NCBI GenBank assembly: GCA_964247055.1
Contig: OZ176052.1
Location: 2,232,001 to 2,296,000, forward strand
Reading direction: 5' to 3'
Length of the DNA: 64,000 bases
Source: Paragordius varius
Lineage: Eukaryota > Animalia > Nematomorpha
Position numbers and translations under genes: made by a program. The notes beneath the pieces were generated by a model. That model searched no databases and had not been told where the DNA came from. It saw only the letters and a list, made by a program, of their open reading frames with translations. This document shows positions 51,601 to 63,344 of this stretch, in pieces. Position 1 is the stretch's first letter; the number at the start of each line of letters is the position of its first letter.

Positions 51601-52598
51601 AGCTACTGTAATTATTGTTGTAAGAATTTCGGACAGACCCGCCTGAAAACATTGCTGAGTTATTGTTAAAATTATTGTTTGTGGTAGTGGAATAATTGGA
51701 ATAAATGCCAGAAGATGATATATCGTCTCCAATGTTACCTGTGATATTAAGAAGAATGCAGGTTTGAAAAATGTTGCATAAATTTTTTTACTAGATATAA
51801 AATTAAGCTTGGGTCTGTACTAAAATATAATTGATAGATTACTTCATTATCTAAAGTTTGATAGAAGACTATTCATATTATTAATGATTTATAAGGATAA
51901 AATTTTTAAACCACTTTTGAGCCAAGTCAAAACTTATAGTTATCGTTAATAAAAATATCTATATTACATGGTATAAATTAATTGGAATGTAAAAAATGTC
52001 AAAAAACATTGATTATATTTATTATTAAATAAATAGCATTTATATAATGATGCGTAATTCTCTCGATATAGCACAGCACTATAAGAACTTCAATTGATTT
52101 TTATACAGTTAAATCACATATTTCCAACTATGGTATTAAATAACTGGTTATAACCGTTTATGAATGCCTTCATATATAAGCAGTTATAACTTTTCCAGCG
52201 GTCAAAAACCCAACCCTAGATAAAAATATTTGAATTGTTCAATGTTAGTCTGCAATTTCAGCCTTTTTAAAAAATATAGCAGTTCACTCAACAAATTTTA
52301 ACAAAAAATCGTTAAAATTAAACATAAACTGCCTAAAAACATTTCATATACCAATGTGTTGTTGAGCCACAGAATATGCTGGAATTTCGTTTCCAATTAT
52401 ATCGCCATTATTAAGTTGAAAATTAAAAGTAGTTTTTGCCGTTGTCCCTTCATCGTTATGATTTGCGGAACCAGGAAAATTTTGTTCAAAATTTTGTATT
52501 AAATTATTATTAACAGTATTCGTAGTTGAAGATTTTAAATGGTTTGATGCCGCGGATATACCTTTACTAAGCGATGCTCCAAACGAAAATTTATCCAA
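32710..52598 (-). CDS. DIAPH: Diaphanous-related formin (GBD/FH3, coiled coil, FH1, FH2, DAD), ~30 exons, 5' end unresolved
   Basis: Spliced peptides: FENML|[91 protein letters not shown]; polyproline FH1; LKRVNWTK; LRVLDAKSAQN; IGNYMNSGS; NTKSDDQTTTLLHFL; DAD motif GVMDSLLEALQSG. The last exon (32710-32786) is tentative, and the exon at 52598 starts at an acceptor, so an upstream exon is missing. Confidence 0.95.
34585..34945 (-). other. AT-AC (U12-like) intron in the formin FH2 region, 361 nt
   Basis: Exon ...DKFIPIMK|ATATGCTTTT ... TTCTTGAC ... ttatAC|EFYNQSEEQY... restores the frame and the homology. No GT donor exists at this junction, and read-through stops at 34874. Confidence 0.85.
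35700..35935. mobile_element. MITE family A copy 2
   Basis: Contains aattcacccc...tgttttcggggtaatataactcatcattaata...gaattgttcaagggt and is homologous to 7301-7531. Confidence 0.7.
37651..37915. mobile_element. MITE family A copy 3 (inverted)
   Basis: Termini taccatttacagttc / gaattgtgaatggta, TA-flanked, with tandem aattcaccc(t)gaac subrepeats. Confidence 0.75.
38921..39125. repeat. Foldback/hairpin element in a formin intron
   Basis: attgaactatattcaaaattttcgatac...tagtat is inverted at ~39060-39101. The arms extend to ~60 nt. Confidence 0.75.
41965..42480. repeat. Degenerate ~145-bp tandem repeat (about 4 units) overlapping a formin exon acceptor
   Basis: The motif gattcactttttc...cataat.atttcttagg recurs at 41965, 42114, 42258 and 42394. 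Confidence 0.6.
43058..43193. mobile_element. Tc1/mariner-type MITE (136 bp)
   Basis: TIRs cagtagcgtatgg.ataaaaca / tgttttata.catacgctactg, with TA on both sides. Confidence 0.85.
45090..45355. mobile_element. MITE family A copy 4
   Basis: aattcacccttgaacaattcaaatt...atgtgttttt...ataactc...ggcatagtttatt...aatggta. Confidence 0.7.
45503..46177. mobile_element. Foldback-like element B with 46-bp TIRs and a one-sided 21-bp tandem array
   Basis: TIRs ccatttgcacttcaagagtgtccttgaacagttcaa.ttggtcctt match 45/46. About 9 units of gtccttgaacaattcaagttg span 45522-45706. Confidence 0.85.
46276..46573 (+). pseudogene. 5'-truncated RTE-type LINE 3' end
   Basis: IRRLSYNGHMQRLDNDNWIKNI...VGRPAITWDKNITQDL matches the RL.W.GHV.R...GRP...W C-terminal motif. 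It is followed by a short 3' UTR and an ATCT-repeat tail. Confidence 0.75.
47151..47363. mobile_element. hAT (Charlie-like) MITE, 213 bp
   Basis: Termini caggggtgttcaac...cccgcg / cccgcg...gttgacatcatccctg. The flanks ttttaact / ttttaatt match 7/8 as a TSD. Confidence 0.75.
50875..51195. repeat. Foldback element with ~115-nt arms in a formin intron
   Basis: aaagaaattaatattaggagtaaaaaatgaatattag...gggccatggtgcac is inverted at ~51100-51195. Confidence 0.8.
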
Positions 52599-54389
52599 CT
52601 ATTATAATAAAGCAGACAAAAAAGATTTAAAAAGTTACAAAAATGCTTATGTAAAATATTTTATAAAATTTGTAAAATTATATTTAACTTAAAGCTTTTG
52701 TCCAAATTAAAACAATGGAGAAATGAAATGTATAGTATAGTATGTTCAGAGGATATAAAAAATACGTACTGTTTCTAAAGCGTCGTTAGAAAAAAATAAA
52801 AAATTAATTATTTTTTACACTTTTGATTGCTGAAAGGCCAATTAATTATTATTTGTAGCAGTATAAAAATAGACGAGTATCTTAATTAATAAAATATAAA
52901 TATGCACAACATAGGAGAAAATGTAATAATTTTTTTCCAAACTTATAAAATGCTTTATTTTTTATACCATAGTATTATTTTCAGAGTTTTTTTGAAAAAT
53001 ATTTTTTCACCTTTTAAAGGTGAAAAAAAAATTCAAAAAAATATTTGCAAAATAATTTTAAAATTTTGGGATCATTGGCCGTTTATACAATAATAGTGTT
53101 GATATTGAAATATATATATCATTTGTGGTATTTTATGAATTCCAATAAAAGAAAGATAATTAAATTTTGGTTGAATAATTAAATGATTAGAATATACAAT
53201 AAAAAAACTAATTTACCAAATAAATCTCATATTAAATGTAACCGATTTTCACCTACGAGCTGCCAACAAAATTTATAGCGCTAAAATGTGAAATTTTTCG
53301 AGCATAGTTTATGCTCTAAGTTTAGAGTTAAAGGAAAAAATATGTATAGTTATTAAAAAAAACATAATTACAAAGTCAAAAAGTTTAAAAAATAGATTTA
53401 GCATGTTAAACACAAGTTAATAAGATGATGATAAAGAAAATGAACTAAATTGGCTTTAAAAGTTGAGAATCCTAGACAAGCTTTTTTGTATAAATATAAA
53501 CCACCTTATACTTAATCTTATTCTACTTTAAGATAAGATAATATTATATATTTTATAATGATGAAACTAAATTGTGATAAAATACGTAGTATAGTATAGA
53601 TAAATGATTAATCTATAATTCTTATCATATTTGTGTCCGGAGGTTACAAACGACTTACTTCATCTCACTAAGTTACGTAAAACAAACAAATGAGGAACAG
53701 TATTACACATGCGCGAAAGATTCTAAGAAAAATGTAAATATGTCTGATGATTCACGCAAAATAAATATTTTTAAGTTTTGTGGTGATACCGAAAATACTA
53801 CCCAAACTTTTCAAAAACTTATTTTGTGACAGTTACTTATAAATCGATTGGTAAAAAATATTGTATATACTAATTATGTAAATTATTATTAATGTACATA
53901 AATTTGAAACACAATAGGTAAGTTTATAATGAACCAACCAGACGTACAAAACAGTTAATAAAGTTCATGTTGTTTTATGTATAAACGAACGGTAATGTTA
54001 CATAAACTTTATATTTTTTTCTTTACAGTAACGTATAGTAACAAACAACAAATGGTTCAAATTAAACATTTTACTCTTTTGTTTTAGTATACTACTATTT
54101 ATTTTTTATATTTAATACTAACTTTTTTATACATCATATGCTACTGAAGAAGAATTAATTATTATCAGCAGAAAAATAGAGAAATGATGATTAGAGCGCG
54201 CGTTATATAATAAAATATTGTTGTAATTAGTATCAATTAATTATAATAATACATTGTATTATATAATAAAATATGCCGAAAGTAACTCTATAAAATTTAA
54301 TTTAAAAGTATGTTAAATGAATTAGGTAAAATTTTTAGGATGCAAATTATCATTATCAGTCAAATTATATGCATTTATGGTGATTTTTA

Positions 54390-54565
54390 AAGTACACTAT
54401 GCATTTTAATGGGTTCTTAGCTTGGCAATTTGCAACACAGTAGTGTATGGAAAAAACAATAAAATGTTGAATAAACAATCTTTTCCTTTCTTTTTTCAAT
54501 AACTACTGTGTTGCAAATTGCCCTCTATTATAGTGTGAAATAAGCAACCATTAAAATACACACTT
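54390..54565. mobile_element. MITE family C degraded copy
   Basis: Shares ggcaatttgc.acacagtagtgtatggaaaaaacaa and tagtgt.aaataagcaacca with 25593-25799. Confidence 0.7.
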
Positions 54566-57500
54566 AATAGAACATTTTAAATAACTTTTTTTGGCAGTAT
54601 TGTGTCACCCAAAAGATGGTTTTTATTGTTAATTTTAAAATAATATTTGGTCGTAAATATACTGATGTTAGTTAATGTTGAATACAATGAGAATTCCTTA
54701 TCTTTAAATATATAGAGCCAAAAGAGAGATATAAATACTAATTTAATTATATAAATTAATTACATAAAATAATTATTGTAAATTGTTTTTTATGGAAAGG
54801 TATGATTTTCTATAAAACAACCTCATTTTTTGCTAAATATTTCAAAAAAATCAATATTTGTCACACATAAATTATATAATGGGCTTCCTTACACCTATAT
54901 ATATAAATGCCCCAAATTCCCATATTTATGTCATTATTTGCCTATTATATAATGAATTAAATATAAAATAAATTTAATTTGTTATGGCAAAAAATTATAA
55001 AAAATTATATCCAAAGTTGCGTTTAATTTTGGCATTATAAATTAATTTTAATACATTTATAAAAAAAATTTTTTTAAAACTAATTTCAAAAAAAGTATAA
55101 AATATTTTATAATTCTACCACATTCAACCAACAGAATCGTTTTTGAATTCCTTTCAACGGTTATTTTATAAAAATATTGCTCTAAACTAAATAATTCAAT
55201 AAAGAGATATATTTAAGGGAATTTACATTGGTTATGAATACAAATAAAATGCATTTGTACAAGTTTGAATTTGACTGATAATTATTAAAAGATATTTATA
55301 TCCAATAATAATTCTCTTTTATTTGAATGAACAATATTTATACTCCCGTAAAAAAAATATTATAGAATAAATAGAGTATTACATTTCCCTAAAAATAAGC
55401 TACCATAAGATATTTATATGTGCATAGCAAAGATAAGCACCTGTTCAATATAAAAGATAAGCCATTTTTATTGAACTATCAACAGGTTAGAATTCGATAA
55501 AAGGGCATCTTTTTCAGTAAGCATATTAATATATAATAAAAAAAGTAAAAATTAAACCAATTAGGAATTAATCAAAATTCAAAGCATAAATTTTTTGTTC
55601 TTTTAATAATTAAAAATGACTTGAGAATAATGTTAAAGGAATTGTTAAAACATGAGGAAAGGTATAATTTCCATATATTGTGTGGTAATATAGAAAAAAA
55701 GATAACATTCTAAAAAGGTGAATCTTGCTGTCGTCGCTAATATTTTGTTATATAAATAAAGCATGACAAATTTACTATTACTGACTCTATTAAAAAGAGA
55801 AAAATTAGTATGCAAATTTAATATAGTTATATTTAGATATTGTTTAAAAACGGTACGAAATAACATAAAACATGCGCATATATTTAATAAATTAATTAAA
55901 AAAAATTGGTGTGGGTTGAAATAAAAATAACAGTTCAAAGAAATAAATTTTAATATCTATTTACACAACTAAATTGGCTATAACACATGCGCTAGAATTT
56001 ACGCACCCTGTAAAACATTAAAAATCATACTGTGAAATAATAAATAAAGATAATATAACAGAAAATATACCAATTTTTGCCCGTTATTCTTTTTCTCTTT
56101 CATTTAAAGTTAGACGGAATAATTTGCACATGGTATAATGGTATGATAGAATTTTATATGTTGCTTTGTGTAAGCAACAATTGATTACATAACCGTAAAG
56201 ATATAAAATATTTTAGGCATCAAACGACTGAAAAAAGCATATATTTTAAGTATTTATGCATATAAAAATATATAATGAAAAAATATATTTGGGGTTAAAA
56301 ATTTTAATGCCTTTAACCCATAGTTATATATCTTAATAACACCAAAAATTAAACCTGAATACCATTTAGCCACCTATTTTACAAAACAATTTATAAAAAG
56401 CTTGACAAAGAATTATCCGCTTAATGTTTTTTGGTAAGTTTGATTAAATTTTACTACCAATATTTTTTCCAGTTATACACTTTATTTTTTAACATTTTTG
56501 TACTCAATATAATATGGGAGTATTTTTTATATTCCAGAGCTCAATCTTATTAATAAACTTTTAAATATTTTAGAAACCATATTATCCTGTATTAGATAAG
56601 AAAGTTAAATTTTTTACAGTGTTATGAATTCTATTATCCAAAATTGAGACAGCTCCAAAAAACGCTTGCATCATATGGCTATTTTTAAAATCAGTCATTT
56701 CAAGTTTTTGCTGCTAAAATACAAGCTGAGAGCTTAATTATAACATCTCCTATTCACTTTTTCGTCCTAGTTTACATTTTGGGTAGTTTTTGTCAGAGCA
56801 TTTTTTTCCATCATGCCTCTAAATAGTTTGAATTACACTTGAACAAATTTCGCAAAATATGCATTTTTAATAATATTATTAGTTGATAACAAAATTTAGC
56901 ATATATTAAAATTTGTTATTGCGCAATCTCGCCATTTTTCGTTTTTTAAGAGACCTTGCCGATTTAAGAAATGGGACCTTCGCAACCCACATCTAAATTT
57001 TATAAAATATTGTTGGTCTTTTTATATATTTATTACATTAATTTTGGAATAAGGCTTACCCAAAAAAATCATTTTAAAAATGTGCGTAAATGTTGTCATT
57101 TTCTAATATGGATCACTCGTCAAAAAAGTTTAAATAACTTCCTAAAATCACTATTAAGGGCTAAAACCAAAAGCACCATAATAAGTACTAATACATTTTT
57201 CTATCAGAATATACATATTTTACCATTGTTATCTTTTAAGATAAAGAGATAATATAAAAAATGGGAAATGAATTGCATTTATTTGGTTTTTTAGGGTGTA
57301 TATATAGCAATTTTGATTGTCCATGATTTGCATTATATCAATAAAATTTCAAGTAACAAAGGTTAGGTATTTACATATTACACAAAAAATATAGAAAATA
57401 ATATAATTCAAATAAGGGTGAAAGTTATGATATATAACCAAGGTATGCATTTCACATTTGCCTCTAACAGATAATTATGATATAAAAATAAAGTATATCC

Positions 57501-57948
57501 AGATTTGCATAACAACCATGTAATTTTTTTAGTATATGCTGTATTATGCTAAATAAAATTTTGGTGAAACATAAATGGTACATTCCAAAAAATATAAATA
57601 ATCTATATTTAAAAAATATATATTTCATTTTTTAGATGTTAGATATCAAATTTATAAACCACATCAATATTATCTATTTTTTAAAACTAACTGCGAATTG
57701 CCGGGATTATTTTTCATAGCTAGTCAGATTTGACATCAAAAGTTTTTTTGCAGAAAAAATATTTTACTTAAATATTAACTTTAGCGAATCTTTTTAGGCC
57801 GGTTTTCTGATATTTTAACGCATGCTAGAAAAGATATATAACCCTAAAGTAAATTTTCTCTAAATGATGCTAACATTTGAACCCCAGAATTTTGTATTTA
57901 AGACTCGTTTGCCCTCATATTAATAAGTGTATTTTATTAAAATTATAG

Positions 57949-58458
57949 GTGTTCGGCAGAACATACAAGAACTAGTCTTGCTGGTAATTCCTCAAAGCTG
58001 ATCCCGACAACACTCCGGGGAAGAACCAGTAAGACTTTAATTAAAAATATATATTTTTAATTTAAATAAATCAGCGTACATACCTCATGCTTGGAAAGAG
58101 TATCGTCTTTCATGGCTCACAGTGTTAACTGAATTGGTGCAGAAAATCGGAAAGATCAAACATCAGAAACCAACAATATATTTTTCATCAAAACATAAAA
58201 CATGTAAGATTTTAAGTTTCCAAATATATAACATAAGATTTAAAGAATCAAAACAAAAGATTAGAATTTGAAATAAGCAAATTATTTATGAAAACAAAAC
58301 ATAATAATTTTTTAACCGATTCTGATATAAAAAATAAAATCACATAGGTTAATTAGTTAGATAATTAAAAAGCGTTTAAGTGATAATATTTTACAATAAA
58401 TTAGTGTACATAAGGTAAAAATTTAGATATAGTGTTTTGGATTCCGTACCATATTTAA
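57949..58458 (+). CDS. 3' exons of an unidentified gene (upstream exons probably lie within ~53900-57900)
   Basis: Exons 57949-58028, 58075-58203 and 58427-58458 join by GT-AG in one open frame (CSAEHTRTSLAGNSSKLIPTTLRGRT|TYIPHAWKEYRLSWLTVLTELVQKIGK...|YIVFWIPYHI*). No family was recognised. Confidence 0.45.
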
Positions 58459-58636
58459 GTAACAACTAATATTCCCCGAAGTAATTAAAGGCTTAAAAAC
58501 GTAATAACCCACAGACTCTCAATCGTTTCACATGTATTGATATATTAATATTTTATTATTAATTATTATACAGCACACATGTATATATATAAACATATAA
58601 TAACAAAAGTGTTTTTGCAGAGATTATAAAATTCCG

Positions 58637-61600
58637 CTATTTTCCCTTTTTCATGTAGGAGGCGCCCAGTGCATTTTTTCGTAAATTATATCGACCTCGG
58701 CGCATTTTACCCAAACCCATGGTACTGCGTTTGGGCCCGCGTCGAAAAGATTTTTTATAGTTGTAGGCATTGCCTCCGTCTTTTTTGAATCGTTCATAAT
58801 CATTCCCTTCTAATATTAGAAAAAAATATTTGCGATAATTTAAGATATAAAAACCAAAAAAATTCACCCTATTAAAAAAAATTAGGTGGTCTAAGTAATT
58901 AAAATAAGTTTGTTTGTCTTTTTAATTTCAAATGTGCGCACGATTTCACCCTAAGACAAAAAAATTTAGCATCTCTACAAAAGAATGTCTATTTAAAAAA
59001 TGAAGCATTATAATTTTATTAAGGGAAAGCGTAAAAATTAAAAGATAATATTTTTTATAAAAACAGCCATACTTTGTATAACTTTTAATGACGATAGTGA
59101 AATATATATTGAGGGTGTCCAAAAATCTCTATTCCTTATTTCACAATTGAAATCATTTGATTTTAAAGTAAAAATCAAGTTTTAATAAAAGTATAGCTGT
59201 ATTATAAGATATAATCTCGATTTTTTACAGCTTGTCATTATAATGTATCAATAACTTAAATATAAAATCTGTAGCATATTTTCCACATATTATACCCATC
59301 TCATTCTCAACTTCATCGTCATCATTTTCATTGTCATCAAGATTGTATGGGTCAAACAGGGTGGCAGTTTTTGTTTTAGCTTTTGCCGATTTTTCCTCAC
59401 TAGATGTGGTATAATCAACCAGTTGAGCATGTGAGTTTTTAGCATTTCCAACAAAAATGCTTTTCTTTGTAGTTGGCATTGGTTTTATTTTCTTCGTTGT
59501 AAAATTATTAGTGGTTACTGGAGATACAGGAGGAGTACAGCCAGAATGATAGTTTCCTTTTTCTCCCGATTTCCGTTGAGACCTGGGCGAAGCTATAAAA
59601 CGCAGTAAGCTAGCTTTGGTTTGACGTACTATACCTGTAGGGATGGATTTTACTAATTTTGCCACATTTGGACTCATAGGAGGCAAGGGTGAATCTAAAG
59701 TAAATGTTTGGGAATGTTATATTCGAGAAAAAAATTGTGTATAAATAATTAAATGAAATAGCAATGAAAAGCCAAATTACGAATTCGACCAGCTTCAACT
59801 GGAAAGTTTTTTATTTTCCTTGCTTCCAAAAAATAATGACCAGTCCCATTGTGCTATAAAGTTTCAATGTTAAAAAGCTTTGGTAATATATGGTAAACAA
59901 ACGTTAGAAATTGGAACAATACATCTATAATCATTTATTTACACAACCAATAAAATTATCCCTAATGCTTTATAAAATAAATGATAAAAAATGCGAGAAT
60001 ATTAGTATTCAGCTAAAATGTTAGTTAATTCTTGAATCAAAGAACATAAGGTAGCCGTTTACAGGAATATTAGGCATATTTATAAAAAAATTCTAGAATT
60101 GACATGATACAACTAATAAAAATCGAAATTTCCAACCTTTTGGCGTTTCAAGAATGATTGGACTTTGATTCTTACGTGGATCCGTCATTGCTATTATTCG
60201 TTTAACACTATCATTTTGTTTGATTAATCTATTTTGTTGGTTTTTTTCGGTGGTGGCTGTGGTGGTATTTTTATGAGCACTATTGTTTTGTTGTTGTACA
60301 TTAATATCCCAAACGTTACCAAATACTTTTTTACGAAACCCGGTGCGAGTTAATCGATTTAGGACGGGTTCAAACTCTTCCCCAGTAGTGTTTAAAGCAT
60401 TTCTTTGATCGTTGGGTGTCGGTGATTGTGATAAAATACTATCTTCATTGGTGTTGTAGGCTTCAGCACGTTTTTCGAAAACGGTCATATCACGTTCATT
60501 TGCAGATTTCAAAGGAGTAGTCGTTTTATCTTTTGAGTTTATTTGATCGTTAATAAACGGTGTCCTAGGTTCAATGTTTTGTTCATCAACATCATCTTCA
60601 TTCATAACCAAGGCGGTTTTCACCGATTTTTTTGACTTTTTCCTCGTATTTTTTACAGCAATAGTCGATATTTGTTCAGATAATGGCGAATTATCCACCA
60701 TATGTAAGCCAAAAGAGTTAGATCGTTTTTTAACCACGGTTTCTTTCACATCATTGGCAAAATGTTTTGAGCATTCTGAACTATTTCTCAGTTGTAACTT
60801 ACGTTTGTGGGTAGAAGAACGATTAGGACCACCATCTTTTCCAATCTGCATTTAATATATTTAAGGATATTGGATATAAAAAAACTCATATTCACCATAA
60901 AATTTTGGCAAATTAAATCCTTTCTTCCTCTAAAAATATTAGTTATAATTCTTTCAAAATTTTCCAGAAAAATGCAACCCATATTTATCGAAAAAGGCAT
61001 AAAAGGTATAAAATTATTTTAAAAATTTATACATCTATCCACTTTTGTTGATTGCATATTAAAAAATCACAAAAAATAAAATTATCCTAATATAAAAACA
61101 AAAATTATAAGGTAATTTCCAAAAAACTGTACATGTAAATAATTATTGTTTCCAAGCGTTACATCTGGCTCGCTTGATTCAATTATTTGTGCAAGAGCAT
61201 TATTATCCTTGCATTTATCATTATGAGGAGCAGGGGGTGGTGAACACATCATAGTTGACGAAATTAATTTATTTTTTGGGATGGCAAAAGGTGAAAATGT
61301 ATCATAAACATTGGAGCCAAGCTTTATATTCCTATCTTTTTTAGGCAATGATAATAGATGACCATTGTCATTTTCATTTTTATCCTCTATCATCAATGGG
61401 GCTAGACCTGGGACGGTTTGTTGAGGGATTGGAACTTCTGTGGTTAAAGAAATATTAAACGAATAATTATGGATATTTAGAAGAATGACATTTAAATTTC
61501 GAAAGAATATTATTATATTTATAGAAAAAATCGTTCTAACCAAGAAATAAACACCATATTAAAATTATTTAACTTTTCCAGTTCGTAAAACTCGGCATAA

Positions 61601-61938
61601 ATATAATTAATAACAAAATAGCGAGATAATCCTAAAAAATCGTAAATTAAGAAACACAACTATAATAAGAACTCCTGAAATATCTGACTAAGATGGATGG
61701 CATTTTCATAGTTTTTAAAACTGATTAACAAATTTTGTTACTTTGTGTCAATATAGGCTTGATGTTTGTGGTAAACCATTCATAAAGTTTAGTTTCATTC
61801 GGTGTTAATTCAAAGTTATCTAATTGCTTCATAATTATGGTGAGGAGTGGTGCTCCAAACATTTCTTCGGTTCGATCATTTAATGTTCGATACATCTAAA
61901 ATACAAATATTTTGGATTCAAGTTATATATCCAAAACA

Positions 61939-62016
<78 letters not shown>

Positions 62017-62330
62017 TGCAGTGAAGATTAAAATTATAAATAAAAAGCGTAAAAAGTAAAACGCAAATTTTTATCCATAAATACAGACATACTTTTATAA
62101 ACTTTGATTTTTTTGAAAAAAATTATGATTACGATTTATAGAGTATGTTATCGGCTCACATCACTATGCCTAGAATTGCAACCCAAAATAATGGGTTATG
62201 TATGATAGATATTAAGGTTTATGGTTGCCATTATATTTATTTTAGCTTTTTTTGTAAAAAGCTGATATTATAGAGCAAATATTAAATTAAAATTATTCAT
62301 TTATTAATACGAGATTTACGCTAGTTTATT

Positions 62331-62373
<43 letters not shown>

Positions 62374-63344
62374 CCTACCTTTATGCATTTGTCGCGCGTT
62401 CGGATTTTGGATTCATATCCATCGGTCAACCTTTTGATCGCTTTATTATGATATTGTCTACACATATAAAGATTATATAGATACAAAAATTTAAATATAC
62501 AGAGTATTAAAATACATTTTCTCACTATTATCCTTAAAATTACGGTTGTAAGCTATATAATTAAAGAGGTAACTTATTTATATCCCAGCCCCATATTTTA
62601 CAAACGTAATCATATAGAAAAAGTTTAGGGTGAAACTATGAGCTTTTGCCGAAAAATAGGGTTTTAACCTTTTAAAATCATCTCTATTTATTATATTAAA
62701 CCCAAAATTTTATTTTAATATGAAGACAAAAACCATCAAGTATTAAGTAAGTATTCCCCAATATTGTAGATTTCTTATTCATCTGCATAATTTTAATGGT
62801 CACATTATTATATCAATAATTATATTATAAATTTAAATGTAAACTTACTCGGATAATTCTAAATTTGTCTTGTACCATTCATAAAAAGTAGCTGATAAAT
62901 CTCTACGCAATTTCATTTCCTCATTGAAATGTTTCTCTTCCAACGCTTTAAGATCCTGTTTTAAAATATGGTTTAAATTAAAAGTATACATAGAAAACCA
63001 ATTAAAATGATTATTTCATAACTAAATAATGCTGGTTTATTTTGTGATTAAAAATATAATATCCCGATTTAGTTATATTTTATCAAAAAATGAAACCAAA
63101 ACTGAACCAATTTGTGTTAACTCTTTATTTTCTAAAAAACCTAGCATAATAACTATTCCAGTTAAAATCCTTGCCTATATATTACCTTTTTACATTCTTC
63201 GAGATATTCATTTAGGTTATATGCATTGCCTTGAAAATCGTACAATATATTATCCTCTTGTTCGGTCGTTTTAGGGATAAATTCTGCATTAACCTTTATG
63301 TATGCGTATTGTATTGGAGCTCCATCAGGTTCTTTAACATGCAT
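58637..63344 (-). CDS. Unidentified protein: helical/coiled-coil N-terminal part, long S/T/K/N-rich region with many S/T-P sites, basic C-terminus; 5' end unresolved
   Basis: At least 8 exons join in frame by GT-AG (..EECKK|DLKALEEKHF..|QYHNKAIK..|MYRTLND..|EVPIPQQ..|IGKDGG..|SPLPPMSP..|GNDYERF...KKGK*). No family was recognised. Confidence 0.75.
61941..62008. repeat. (TA)n microsatellite, the longest of many
   Basis: Other TA tracts lie at ~198-224, 25565-25593, 31404-31429, 40170-40209, 42930-42950, 47714-47738, 48654-48690 and 62335-62372. Confidence 0.95.

Noticed and set aside
58035-58083. Minus-strand GT-AG intron extending the last gene
   Set aside because: The gene already stops at 58637 and all minus frames here contain stops. 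The plus-strand model keeps an open frame.
3687-60855. Short ORF-track entries such as 554-751, 3687-3956, 12136-12390, 12791-13045, 18544-18732, 23315-23596, 39581-39925 and 60574-60855
   Set aside because: They are antisense shadows of real exons.
5520-62059. I/F/Y/K-rich ORFs of 60-120 aa (for example 5520-5747, 10200-10397, 39977-40327, 46005-46277, 52902-53093, 55645-55938, 61847-62059)
   Set aside because: They are chance frames in AT-rich introns, MITEs or TA microsatellites, with no splice or homology support.
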